Below the pieces are notes generated by a model. The model saw only the letters and a list, made by a program, of their open reading frames with translations, was not told the origin of the DNA and ran no database searches. From contig NC_091286.1 of NCBI RefSeq assembly GCF_032444005.1, positions 51,274,001 to 51,338,000 on the forward strand: a stretch of DNA of 64,000 nucleotides, written 5' to 3'. How positions within the stretch are numbered: position 1 is the first letter of the stretch; each line of letters opens with the position of its first letter. Made by a program: the position numbers and the translations under genes. Positions 10,552 to 22,427 of this stretch are shown here, in pieces. Origin of the DNA: Ranitomeya imitator. Taxonomy: Eukaryota.

Positions 10552-12021
10552 GTGTCTGCCATCTCCCCTGATTTGCGGCGGGTGCTGCAAAAATTTCAGG
10601 CTAATAAACCTGATCGTTGCCCAGCGGAGAAACTGTTTGTCCCTGATAGGTGGACGAATAAAGTTATCTCTGAGGTTCATTGTTCGGTGTTGGCTGGTCA
10701 TCCTGGAATCTTTGGTACCAGAGAGTTAGTGGCTAGATCCTTTTGGTGGCCATCTCTGTCGCGGGATGTGCGTTCTTTTGTGCAGTCCTGTGGGATTTGT
10801 GCTCGGGCTAAGCCCTGCTGTTCTCGTGCCAGTGGGTTGCTTTTGCCCTTGCCGGTCCCGAAGAAGCCTTGGACACATATCTCTATGGATTTTATTTCAG
10901 ATCTTCCCGTCTCTCAAAAAATGTCAGTCATATGGGTGGTTTGTGATCGCTTCTCTAAGATGGTCCATTTGGTACCCTTGTCTAAATTACCTTCCTCCTC
11001 TGATTTGGTGCCATTGTTCTTCCAGCATGTGGTTCGTTTACATGGCATTCCAGAGAATATCGTTTCTGACAGAGGTTCCCAGTTTGTTTCGAGGTTTTGG
11101 CGAGCCTTTTGTGCTAGGATGGGCATTGACTTGTCTTTTTCCTCGGCTTTCCATCCTCAGACTAATGGCCAGACCGAACGAACCAATCAGACCTTGGAAA
11201 CATATCTGAGATGCTTTGTTTCTGCTGATCAGGATGACTGGGTGTCCTTTTTGCCTTTGGCTAAGTTCGCCCTTAATAATCGGGCCAGCTCGGCTACCTT
11301 GGTTTCGCCGTTTTTCTGCAACTCTGGGTTCCATCCTCGTTTCTCTTCAGGGCAGGTTGAGTCTTCGGACTGTCCTGGTGTGGATACTGTGGTGGACAGG
11401 TTGCAGCAGATTTGGACTCATGTAGTGGACAATTTGACCTTGTCCCAGGAGAAGGCTCAACGTTTCGCTAATCGCAGACGCTGTGTGGGTCCCCGACTTC
11501 GTGTTGGGGATTTGGTTTGGTTGTCTTCTCGTCATATTCCTATGAAGGTTTCCTCTCCTAAGTTTAAACCTCGTTTCATTGGTCCGTATAGGATTTCTGA
11601 GGTTCTTAATCCTGTGTCTTTTCGTCTGACCCTTCCAGATTCTTTTTCCATTCATAACGTATTCCATAGGTCATTGTTGCGGAGATACGTGGCACCTATG
11701 GTTCCATCTGTTGATCCTCCTGCCCCAGTTTTGGTGGAGGGGGAGTTGGAGTATATTGTGGAGAAGATTTTGGATTCTCGTGTTTCAAGACGGAAACTCC
11801 AGTATCTGGTTAAGTGGAAGGGTTATGCTCAGGAAGATAATTCCTGGGTCTTTGCCTCTGATGTCCATGCTCCCGATCTTGTTCGTGCCTTTCATATGGC
11901 TCATCCTGGTTGTCCTGGGGGCTCTGGTGAGGGTTCGGTGACCCCTCCTCAAGGGGGGGGGTACTGTTGTGAATTCTGTGGCAGAGCTCCCTCCTGTGGT
12001 CACAAGTGGTACTTCGGCTGA
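10552..12021 (+). CDS. Integrase + chromodomain (3' part of pol, -1 frame relative to upstream ORF)
   Basis: H..H..C..C zinc-binding motif (EVH..GH..C..C), DDE (SMDFI, VSDRG, QTERTN), FIGPY (GPY/F), chromodomain EYIVEKILDSR..QYLVKWKGY..NSW. Confidence 0.95.
   Translation: MSAISPDLRRVLQKFQANKPDRCPAEKLFVPDRWTNKVISEVHCSVLAGHPGIFGTRELVARSFWWPSLSRDVRSFVQSCGICARAKPCCSRASGLLLPLPVPKKPWTHISMDFISDLPVSQKMSVIWVVCDRFSKMVHLVPLSKLPSSSDLVPLFFQHVVRLHGIPENIVSDRGSQFVSRFWRAFCARMGIDLSFSSAFHPQTNGQTERTNQTLETYLRCFVSADQDDWVSFLPLAKFALNNRASSATLVSPFFCNSGFHPRFSSGQVESSDCPGVDTVVDRLQQIWTHVVDNLTLSQEKAQRFANRRRCVGPRLRVGDLVWLSSRHIPMKVSSPKFKPRFIGPYRISEVLNPVSFRLTLPDSFSIHNVFHRSLLRRYVAPMVPSVDPPAPVLVEGELEYIVEKILDSRVSRRKLQYLVKWKGYAQEDNSWVFASDVHAPDLVRAFHMAHPGCPGGSGEGSVTPPQGGGYCCEFCGRAPSCGHKWYFG
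11951..11961 (+). promoter_or_regulatory. Polypurine tract
   Basis: AAGGGGGGGGG ending 3 nt before the 3' LTR start at 11965. Confidence 0.9.
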
Positions 12022-12777
12022 TTCTCTCTATGAGCTTCCATTGGTGGAGAAGAGTGGTACTGCGGCTTCTGAGTTTCCTTCCTCAGGTGATGTGGTGAAG
12101 TCGTTAGGTGCTGCTCTATTTAACTCCACCTAGTGCTTTGATCCTGGCCTCCAGTCAATGTTCTAGTATTGGACCTGTTTCCTCCTGGATCGTTCCTGTG
12201 GCCTGCTGCTCTGCATAGCTAAGTTCCGCTTTTGTTATTTTTTTTGCTTTTTTTTCTGTCCAGCTTGCTTTTTTGTTTTTTCTTGCTTGCTGGAAGCTCT
12301 GGGACGCAGAGGGTGTACCTCCGTGCCGTTAGTTCGGTACGGAGGGTCTTTTTGCCCCTTTTGCGTGGTTGTTTGTAGGGTTTTGTGTTGACCGCAAAGT
12401 TACCTTTCCTATCCTCGCTCTGTTCAGAAAGTCGGGCCTCACTTTGCTAAATCTATTTCATCTCTACGTTTGTCTTTTCATCTTAACTCACAGTCATTAT
12501 ATGTGGGGCTGCCTTTTCCTTTGGGGTATTTCTCTGAGGCAAGGTAGGCTTATTTTCTATCTTCAGGCTAGCTAGTTTCTCAGGCTGTGCCGAGTTGCAT
12601 AGGGAGCGTTAGGTGCAATCCACGGCTGCCTCTAGTATGGTTGGAGAGGATTAGGGATTGCGGTCAGCAGAGTTCCCACGTCTCAGAGCTCGTTCTATGT
12701 TTTTGGGTTATTGTCAGGTCACTGTATGTGCTCTGACTTCTATGTCCATTGTGGTACTGAATTACCTCATCATAACA
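11965..12777 (+). repeat. 3' LTR
   Basis: Direct repeat of 6956-7768. Confidence 0.97.
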
Positions 12778-12780
12778 ATA

Positions 12781-13275
12781 CAGCTCTGGCAAAAATGAAG
12801 AGATCAATGCAAAGTGTTCAGTTAGTCTGATTTTTCTATTTAAATGTATATTTTTTAATAAAATGTAAATTGTTCTTTTAATCTATAAACTTCTGACAAC
12901 ATGTCTCCGAATTTCCAAGCAATACATTTTGTATTTTTTTCTGACAAAGAAAAATGGTCAAAATAAAAAAACAGTGCTTTCAAACCTAAAATAATGCTAA
13001 GAAAGCAAGTTCATAATCATTTAGAATCAACAATACTAATGTTTTAACTCAGGAAGAGTTCAGAAATCAATATTTAGTATAATAACCATGATTTTTAATC
13101 ACAGCTTTCATTTGTCTTGGCATGCTTTCTACCAGTTTTTCACACTGCTTCTGGTGCAAAGATGTAAGCAGTTCTTCTTTGTTTCATGGCTTGTGACTAT
13201 CCATCATCCTCTTGATTACATTCCAGAGGTTTTCAATGGGGTTCAGGTCTGGAGATTGGGCTGCCCATGACAGGG
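12781..13275 (-). mobile_element. Tc1/mariner remnant (right end, transposase C-terminal fragment)
   Basis: TA|CAGCTCTGGCAAAAA terminus; the minus strand encodes SPDLNPIENLW near 13210-13270. Confidence 0.85.
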
Positions 13276-13454
13276 TAAGTAAAAAATCACTTTTAATTTT
13301 CTCACATTATGGTATCATGTGGTGTCTCTTCTATTATACACTCTTTTATTCTAGTAGTTGGGAATGGTCAGAAGGGGGGTTTCAATTACATCAGTTACAG
13401 GCTTTAATAAGAGACCCCATATGCACTCACTATTGACCCCATACCTGGTGTATA

Positions 13455-14607
13455 TGCAGCGCCCCTGGGTCCTGGTCGTTGCAGTAATGTCATTTTCTTC
13501 TAGGGGAGAGTAATATTACGTTTGGAGGCAAAGATGGACAACTAAATCCATGTATCACGAACATGCAACACATTTCGCAGTCCAGGCCACCAGGGGGAGC
13601 TCTGTTCCTATTTATTAGGGCACTTCTCACACTTAGGTAAAACTGGTTGCCTGGGGAGGAAGTGAGTGAGTTGCTGGCTGAGCTTCGTTCAGTTAGTTGG
13701 TCCCTGACAGGGGTGGGATCTTGTCAGAGATTGAGACAGAAGTTCTCGGAGCTGTGCCTGCCCTAAGTGCTGCAGCTTCTAGAAAGAGACACTGAAGGAG
13801 AACTGTAGAGAGGGTGAAGAAGTCATAGAAAAGGAGTGGATATCAGAGGAGTTCTGCCCTACACAGGCTGCCTCCATCTGAGGTGCAGGATCCCGGTAGC
13901 CAGAACACCGAGGGAGCATCGATCCTTTATGCCTTGCTCCAGAGACTGGCAGGACAGCTAATTTCATGTTACCTGTCCGCCCCTACACCCAGGAGGCAAG
14001 GTGGCACTCCTTAGAGGCTGGGGCATGATAGAGTCCCTGTAAAATGCCTCAAGCCACCGGTCATACTGGTTTGTCCTATCCATCTGGGGGACAGAGAGAG
14101 AGACATAACATCTATAACATCTGTGAGGACCTTATGAGAAGCTTAGGAGTAAGGTACTACAACACCATGGCGCTAGAGGAAGGCTACTGATTTCTACCTG
14201 GACATGGGGACTCTGGATTTGCCTCCAAACCGGCCGGACTCGGCCTGCCCTGTGGTCTGGTACCCTGGACTGTGGATGGTAAAAGGTAAAGAGACTGAAA
14301 CCTTGCGTCCTCGTTCTTCACTGCGCCTCACACCATCCACCATCTACACACCGGGAAGCCCTGGGGATACACACCTGTGGGAAGGTATACCATCTAGCTG
14401 CTATAACATCACCCCAGCGGACCCCTTAAAGCAGCGTAGGTCACCCTGACCGAATACCACAGGTGGCGTCACGAACATTTCCCCTTTAAAGACCTTTCCC
14501 TTTCACACGGACATCCCAAGGGCCACGGACCGGGTCAGCCACCATGACATCCCCCTGTGAACCGAAGGACCTGGTACCGAGTACCCCGCTGCCCTGGGGG
14601 CGCTTCA
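13455..14607 (+). mobile_element. Solo LTR, 1153 bp
   Basis: TGCAGCGCCCC..GGGGCGCTTCA inverted termini; 4-bp TSD TATA; homologous to 15609-16880. Confidence 0.85.
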
Positions 14608-15608
14608 TATACTTTTCAGACTTTTATCTTTATCTTTATTAACTTTTAGCACTGAATATCACTTTCACCTACATATTTATAAATTTTTCTTCAGGATGCA
14701 CTTTATTACATATGAGATTAGGAGCTGGATCCACATTTACTTTATACCACTTTCGGTTTGGAATATATATGTAGCGATTTAAACTATTTATTACTTAAAA
14801 CTTGATTTTTTCACTTTTTTTTACTTTTTTCACATGTCTATGCCTAGTTTTCCTTCTGTTTGCCGCATAGTGGCCTCTCTTAAAGCAGTCTAACTAAATA
14901 CTAATCCATATGTTTAATGGATTTTTATCTTGCACACTGTCACTTTAAATTGATTTAGCTATCTTGCGATTTCCTTCCACTAAAACAACACAATGGAACA
15001 GAGATTCATCTCTTGCAGGCACGTTCAATATTGCAATTTACTTATGCTCCCATTTTTTCCTTGAAACCTATACCACCTCCTGTTTTAGTTGATGACTTTT
15101 CATACCTTCAGATATTTACATGCAGATAGGGTGTACTATAAGCCTACATATACCGCTAGGCTGATGGGTGCGTTACCTTTTGTAACTTGGTAAATGATTG
15201 CAGCCCTTCTGTCTGTTGCTATGTTGTACGTAATTACGGCCTCCACAACAATCATATCTCTCAAGTGGCCCCTTAGGAAAATTAATCTCCTACCCCTGCT
15301 CTATTTTGCATAGCGCTATGTTTTGTATATTGCTGTACACAAGGGAAAAATGTGCATAGCACGCCGGTATCTCTGTGGTTTTCCATCTGCAGATGTGTAC
15401 CAGTGCACATATGTGTTACATGATCTATCACATGATCTTTCAAAGGGGATCATGTGATGTGTCACATGATACATCGGTTACCTGTGGGGGTCCCATGCCT
15501 TCTAAACTGCTCCGGGCCCTGGCTACTCTACTCCGCCTCTGGTTGTGAGTTTTTTCAATGTATATAGGGCTCTTAGCATGATGTCAATGGAGTTTAATAT
15601 ATTAATTC

Positions 15609-16880
15609 TGCAGCACCCCAGAGATCTGGTCGTTGCAGTATGACACTCTGCCACTAAGGGGAGTGATGGTACGTCTGATGGCACTGAAGGAATTCTACTG
15701 ACCAGGTATCACCAGCACACATTACACTTCACACTCCGGCCACTAGGGAGAGCAAAAGGCTTTATTTATTGGGCCCCTCCTCACACTGGTAAAACTAGGG
15801 GTTGGATAGAAAGTTAGTCAGAAGCTGACTGGGTTGGATTCAGGCAACATCCCTTGGCAGGGGGTGTTGCAGGGAGAAGACACAGGAGGGGTCCCTGTCA
15901 GGCGTGGGAACCTGGCAGGCACCTAGCGACCAGAACAGAACGTTACGGAACCGCGCCTGCACACCCCGCGGCGGTATGCTAAGAAAGAGACACGAAGCAA
16001 AGGATATTGTGAGACAGTGAGAAACGAGATCAAGCATGAAGGAGAGCCAGTAGGAGTCGTGCCGTGAGACCGAGGCAACATCCTACTGAGGTGCGTAGCC
16101 GGTGGCCAGAACACCGAGGGAGTAACCAACTCTATGCCTTACTCCAAACCTCCGCAGGACAGTTAACTATAGGTTGGCTGTCTCGCCTAAACACCTACGA
16201 AGACATAGGGGGCAACAGTGGGAGAGGGGCGTCTCTAGGGTCCCGGAAGACCTCCAGGCCTTCCCGTCATACGGGTGCATCCTAGCCATAACATACCTGG
16301 GGGACGTTGAATTAGAAACATCTGGAACTAAAGAGAGATAGAGCTGTAAAGAACGAACGAAACGAGAACAGCAGTTGTGAGGACTATTCCGAATGATCAG
16401 CAGGGTAGCACTACAACACACAGGCGCTATTGGTAGGCAACGATTTCCACCTGCAAAGGGAATTCTGGAAGTGCTCATCGGACCGGCCGGTCTCAGATAG
16501 ACCTGTTAAGCGTGCCCTGGATTGCGGATCCTGAAGTCTTCAGTAAAGAGGTAAAGAGACTGCAACCTTGTGTCCTCGTTATTGACTGCACCTTACACCA
16601 TCACCATCTACCTTACTGGGAAGCCCTGGGGACATACTTCACCTGTGGGAAGGTATACCATCCAGCTGCCATTCCATCACCCCAGTGGACCCCACAGCAG
16701 CGTCGGTCCTCCTGACTGAACACCACAGGTGGCGTCACGAATCCCTGACAGACTGCACCACCTTTATTGGATGCCCCTTAGCAGGGTCGCGGACCGGGTC
16801 TAGCCACCGTGACAGCCTCAGAACCGAACCAGAGAGGCCCGGTACCGAGAACTCGTGGCCCTGTGTCTGGGGGCGCTCCA
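15609..16880 (+). mobile_element. Solo LTR, 1272 bp, same family as 13455-14607
   Basis: TGCAGCACCCC..GGGGCGCTCCA; 4-bp TSD ATTC; shared blocks such as ctggtcgttgcagta, agaacaccgaggga, cctgtgggaaggtataccatc. Confidence 0.85.
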
Positions 16881-17386
16881 ATTCCATAATTTATAAAGGT
16901 TTGTACATTGTTAGTAAACATTTTGAGAAGTAATTGAGAAACTCAGACAAACAGTTTTTCACTGCTGACATTCCTCTTTGTAAAATTCCCTTTTTTATGA
17001 ATTGCCTTGTAAATATAAAGCATTTCATCTCTGTAGCCTGTGCTATAAAAGGACTTGTAAACTCTGAAAAGTCAGCAAATTCTGAGCAATGCTCTGAGGG
17101 AAGAACACCTACTTAAAATGTTTGTCACAAATTGCCTCCGGCTATCTAACTTCTGTTGCTCTTCAATTTTTATTCAATTATAAAAAAAAATGTAGCAGTC
17201 CAAAGTAACGGAAATTCATTTTGATTGCATACTATAACTTCTGTCCATTTATTTAGTGATATTTAATATATTTTACTGGCAGATAGAAGCTGGGAATGCC
17301 ATAAACTGCTAAGCTTTTCTTTCTCTTATGATACTAGAAACTACCACAGATTTTACAGCAATTTCAGTCTTGTAAGATATAGTTCT

Positions 17387-17397
17387 TGTTGTTGTTG

Positions 17398-17432
<35 letters not shown>
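17387..17432. repeat. (GTT)n(ATT)n microsatellite
   Basis: Directly visible. Confidence 0.9.
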
Positions 17433-19619
17433 TATATCAAATTTTGATTGACAGATGTAAACTAGAAATTTTGTAGTTTCCAAAATTTTTTAAAAAAAAT
17501 TTGGTCTAAATGGCCAATATATTCGATTCAGTCCAAATTAAATTAGATCTAATAGAATTTGCCCTCGAAAGATGTATATTATGCTCTGAGGTTTCTCCAG
17601 ACCACAAAATTTAATAAACAATGTGTCAGAAAGAATTAAAAATAATTAAAACATATATCATCTCCAATCCTTGGCCACCCCATAACCATGTTGCTTCTCC
17701 AGCTCCCTGCCCTAGACTCCACTCACTTGAGATCGGCTTTTAGATTGGTATTTGGTCCGGATCTTCTGGCATTGATGAAGCCTCACCTTTTTGATATGGT
17801 GCATGACCCCCATGACCCATTTAGGTGCATCGCGCCTAATGTTACAGTGAAAAGCCTAGTCAGAGTTGCGTAGTCCAGAAAGAAGATTGATCCATAGACT
17901 TACTAAAGTGAGCAGAAGACTGTGAGAGGAGCTGCAGCGGCAGAACGAGCGATGGGCAGATTTAGGACAGATAAATATAATCTTTTATTTGCTTATTATT
18001 TTTTTAAATTATACATTTTTCCCGCCCTCACACAAGCCCAGTAAATACAAGATGGCTGCCCATTATTTTGCTGAATTTGTGCAAATCGAATTCGGAAAAT
18101 GTTGGACTCTGGTGCATCTGAAATGTATAATAAATTTGGTTAGATACAAATTGATTTCCTCATCTCTAATTTAACCCATTTAGGACAGTGATTTTTAGAG
18201 TGTTAGAATCAGGCAATATTAATTAATGTAGACCTGCACAGACTTTTACAACACAACAGTCAAGAGGACCTTTGTTTGATTCCCACTTTACACCCCTATC
18301 AGATTTAATAACAGGACAATTTTTTTTATCCAATTTTCACCAAAATTATCATTAGTATTACAGAAGACCCTTCTACCAATCTGCACTGGGGAACAGTAGC
18401 TTGAAGCAACACCATGTATATATGTGTGTGGGGCTCCTACTAGATTATTACTATGTTTTATGCCAGTTTCTGTTCCCATGTGTAGATCTACATGCAGTTA
18501 CTGGCCTGTATCTTAACTTGCTACTTTATCTTGCAGTTGGTGGCTGACAATTATTTCCCATTTTTATTTTATGCCCATTTTATAACTCAGACTATGTGAA
18601 CACTGGTTGTAGTTACATTGCTTTTCTATCTTTAGGTCTTTAGGGCACAATGAAACTACATGTGATACCTAGAAAAAAAGAACTAATGAAGTCTGAAGCT
18701 GTGTGATGGGTCTTCAGATCCTCGTTTTAAAAGCTTACAAAATGTTTAGGGTTAAAATAATAGATATTTACAACTTCATCTACAAATTGTTCTTACGTTT
18801 TCCTTATTCCGTGAGTATTTTTTTAAATTTCTTAAATTGGTTACAATACATTTTAGCCGCCCATGTACGGTACTTTAAGGTTGGGTGATAGTTCATGTAG
18901 CTCTACTTTTTTTAATATTTAGCTCTCAGATCCTGTGAGCGCACCTATGATATCAGACGCAAAAAGAATGTTCCTCTTGCAAATGCTATGCGTAACATCT
19001 GTGCAGATTTGTGCCACCACTGTTTTTGCTTTGGCCACTGGGCAGTGGCAAATCTTTATTGTTTACAAAGCATGACAGCGCTAGTCCTATTTTACCTCTT
19101 GGACTTCTTGGTAATTTTGGTCTCGGTTTTGATTACTCCTTCCTGAGAGCCCTGGGTGGGACAGTCAGTTATTTAAACCCCTGCAGCTCTGACTCCCAAT
19201 GCCAGTCAGTAGCATTGCTGTCCTGCTATGTATTGCTGTGCTGTTCTCCTGTTTGTTTGTTCTGAGTATTCCCATTTTTTTACCTTGACTTTTGACTGCC
19301 TACTAGCTTTATGATTTTGTCCCTGACATGACCTCTTGGTTGTGAGCCTTCTTGGCGACTCTAGTTTGCTCCTCAGGATGGCATCCCTTTTCTGGAAGCA
19401 ATCCAGTGTATCCTGTTGTAAGATCAGAACCCTGTAAAGGGATTAAAAGGTGAAGGTTGGTATTCCTCTGGAATTTGTCAACTGGAGTGGCATATGCTAA
19501 GTCTCTCAAAGGTAGCCTTTTTGAACTTGTGGCCAATGACAAACGTGACGTCACTAAAATTAGCTTTGATCTGCTTAAGAGGCCTTGAATTAAATTTTTT
19601 ATACTCACTCCAGTATTTA

Positions 19620-19806
19620 AATAATTAGAAAGAGAGCGGTGTCTTGCCTTGCGCAGGCGTGTACTATGGAGGACAGAGAATGAACTTCAATCCAATATTG
19701 CAGCCAGCATGCAGCCAGCGGGTAAGGAAAGGGTGAACCAAACACCCGAAAACTCCGCCCCTATGGCTGAAGATTGTTCCCTCCAAATTCAGGTGACAGA
19801 GTCCCT
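19620..19806. mobile_element. T2/Kolobok-like MITE end
   Basis: Ends GGTGACAGAGTCCCT|TTAA; the other end was not found. Confidence 0.45.
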
Positions 19807-19810
19807 TTAA

Positions 19811-21185
19811 CAGTGGGGATGGTGTGTTCAGGGTGATGAGCTGTGTTGCCTTTAAGCCAAACATATCATTTGGCATTGTCGCCAAAAAGTTAGATTTTGG
19901 TTTCACCTGACCAGAGCACCTTCTTCCACATTTATACCAAAAAATCTTTTTTGGTGCCAGAGTCTTTTTAGCTGCTCTCTATCCATTTACATTGCTTTTT
20001 GCACCTTTGTCCCTATTTTTGTATATTATATATGTCTAATAAAAATAAATTGTTTATGATATATACCCCCCGTGTTGTTCTGGCAGTCTGTTTTAGGAGA
20101 TATTATTTACGTGGGCCCCCATGTGGTCGCCCATTGATTATCTGATTATAGATTGCGCTGCTCTTGTTGAGCCAACTCTTTTTCGGTATATATGCACTAG
20201 CCACTGCGGGGCATTTTTCCGTTTTGGCCACCGATTCGATGTAGGTTTAATTATAACACCTTCTTCCACATGTTTGGTGTGTTTCCCAGGTGGCTTGTTG
20301 CAAATTTTAAACAACACTTTTTATGGATATCTTTGAGAAATGGCTTTCTTCTTGCCACTCTTACATAAAGGCCAGATTTGTGCAGTGTATGACTGATTGT
20401 TGTCCTATGGACAGACTGTCCCACCTCAGCTATAGATCTCTGCAGTTCATCCAGAGTGATCATGGGCCTCTTGGCTGCTTCAGTCTTCTCCTTGTTTGAG
20501 ATGAAAGTTTAGAGGGACGGCCGGGTCTTGGTAGATTTGCAGTGTTATGATACTCCTTCCATTTCAATATGATCGCTTGCACAGTCCTCCTTGGGATGTT
20601 TAAAGTTTTGGAAATCATTTTGTATCCAAATCCGGCTTTAAACTTCTCCACAACAGTATCACGGACCTGCCTGTTGTGTTCCTTGTCCAGATAAATAAAA
20701 AAACAGCGCCTCAAAATGTAGTGAAGATTAAATCTTAACTTTTATTCTGCCTCCTGTGGTGACGTTTCAGTCCAGAAACCTTTTTCAAGCAATGTGTTCC
20801 TTGGTCTTCATGATGCTCTCTGGGCTTCAAATAGAACCCTGAGATTATCACAGAGCATGTGCATTTACACAGAGACTTGATTACACACAGGTGGATTATA
20901 TTTATTATCATTAGGCATTTAGGACAATATTGGATCTTTCAGAGATCCACAATGAGCTTCTGGAGTGAGTTTGCTGCACTGAAAGAAAAGGGGCCCCACT
21001 TTTCAGTTTTTGAATTTCCACCAAAATTTTAAATAACCAATAAATTTTGAACAACTTCACAATTGTGTTCCACTTGTTGTTGATTCTTCACCAAAAATTT
21101 ACATTTGGTATCTTTATGTTTGAAGCATGATATGTGGGAAAGGGTTGAAAAGTTCCAGGGGGCCGAACACTTTTGCAAGGCACTG
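19811..21185 (-). mobile_element. Tc1-like transposon, 5' half, with two small insertions
   Basis: Minus-strand frames give VRDTVVEKFKAGFGYKMISKTLNIPR..VQAIILKW and HRTTISHTLHKSGLY.RVARRKP; terminus ..GCAAGGCACTG|TA. Confidence 0.9.
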
Positions 21186-21697
21186 TATATATAGGCTTAG
21201 GCAGGTGATCATAAAGGAACATGACGGGCCATCTGTAAAGCCCGACTTGGAGCACAGAAGAGTTTAGCAGACGGAGTTGAGAGAAGCAAATCCCAGATCC
21301 TTCAATAGAAGTATAGAAAAACTGTATAAATTTGGCATTGCCTTAATTGTGTAAGCGTGCAGAACAAATTTGGCAACTCACTTATATGGTGAATAAATTA
21401 AAAACAAAATTTAAAGAACAAAACCTCAAAATTCCGAGGTTACTGTTATTTTGTATCTCTTTTTTCTTGGATGGGTCAATCAATATCTGATTAATAAGCA
21501 TCCGACAATTGTCACCCCCAACGAACAACTGCTCACAGGCTCAGAGGTTGCTGGAAACAAGCAGTTACCACTTGTAATTATGAAATCCTAGTGTTTTGCA
21601 GCTGAAGACAAACCTGGATTTTCTACATCTGACAAGCTCAGCCTTGCTACATGAGTACGAAGATGCATCATGCAAAGCAGCTTCACATCTTACTTAC

Positions 21698-21765
21698 ATC
21701 ACTCTTGATTATATTGTACTTGCATAAAAAAGTACATAAAAACAACACAATAAAACTAGTAATTC
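21698..21765 (-). CDS. Candidate host-gene exon, hydrophobic peptide
   Basis: Acceptor tttatcttcttccacag, donor GAT|gtaagt, 68 bp open in one frame only: (G)ITSFIVLFLCTFLCKYNIIKSD. Confidence 0.25.
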
Positions 21766-22427
21766 CTGTGGAAGAAGATAAATGTATATAGTGAGATGGA
21801 CAATATACCATAAATTATTACTATGGGAATATTACTATGTACTGTGGGAGCTGTTGTGGCTTTTTTAAGCAGACAAGTGGTAATGTGAAAAAATAGAAAA
21901 GGCTTGCGAGAGAGATTGCTTAAGGCGCATATAATAATGAAATATGTAAATGTTTTTCCTTTCTTCTAGTGTTCCCATTATTTTTATCAACCAAACTGTC
22001 AGCTTTTATCAGCCACATTATAGGTTTGGCATATTTGTCTAATCATAGCTGTAAAATACTATGTGGACACGAAATGCTAAACTATATATATTAATATATC
22101 AACATCCAACCGTAGTTTATTCTTCTTCATCCCTCTCTGACTGAGCGTCCATATAATTAGCTCTACATGATATAATGCACAATACCAAACAAAGCGAGCA
22201 GAAGCAATCACAAAGAAAATGGGTTATGAGCAATCTATAAAGACACAACACAAATAAGGAGAAATGGACATAGGCGAGGTCTGTGTATGAGAAGCAGCTC
22301 ACGACAAAATAGGGGATATCACTAATGGAACAAGCAGAGCTATATAAGTGAAACCAAGGTTCCTGTGTGGCAAATAATAAAAGAATGGAGGAAAAAACTA
22401 ATTGACAATAGTCACATCAATATTCGA

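Larger units (their letters stand above)
6956..12777 (+). mobile_element. Full-length Ty3/Gypsy chromovirus (Tf1/sushi-like) LTR retrotransposon
   Basis: Two 813-bp LTRs TGTTGTGA..TCATAACA, PPT, gag/PR/RT/RH/IN/chromodomain order, flanking direct repeat ATACAG. Confidence 0.98.

Noticed and set aside
10515-10555. Programmed -1 ribosomal frameshift between RNase H and integrase
   Set aside because: No X XXY YYZ slippery heptamer at the junction; a single-G deletion explains it; Gypsy frameshifts normally lie between gag and pol.
8249-12003. Antisense and alternative-frame ORFs over gag-pol
   Set aside because: Short shadows of the main coding frame with no recognisable motifs.
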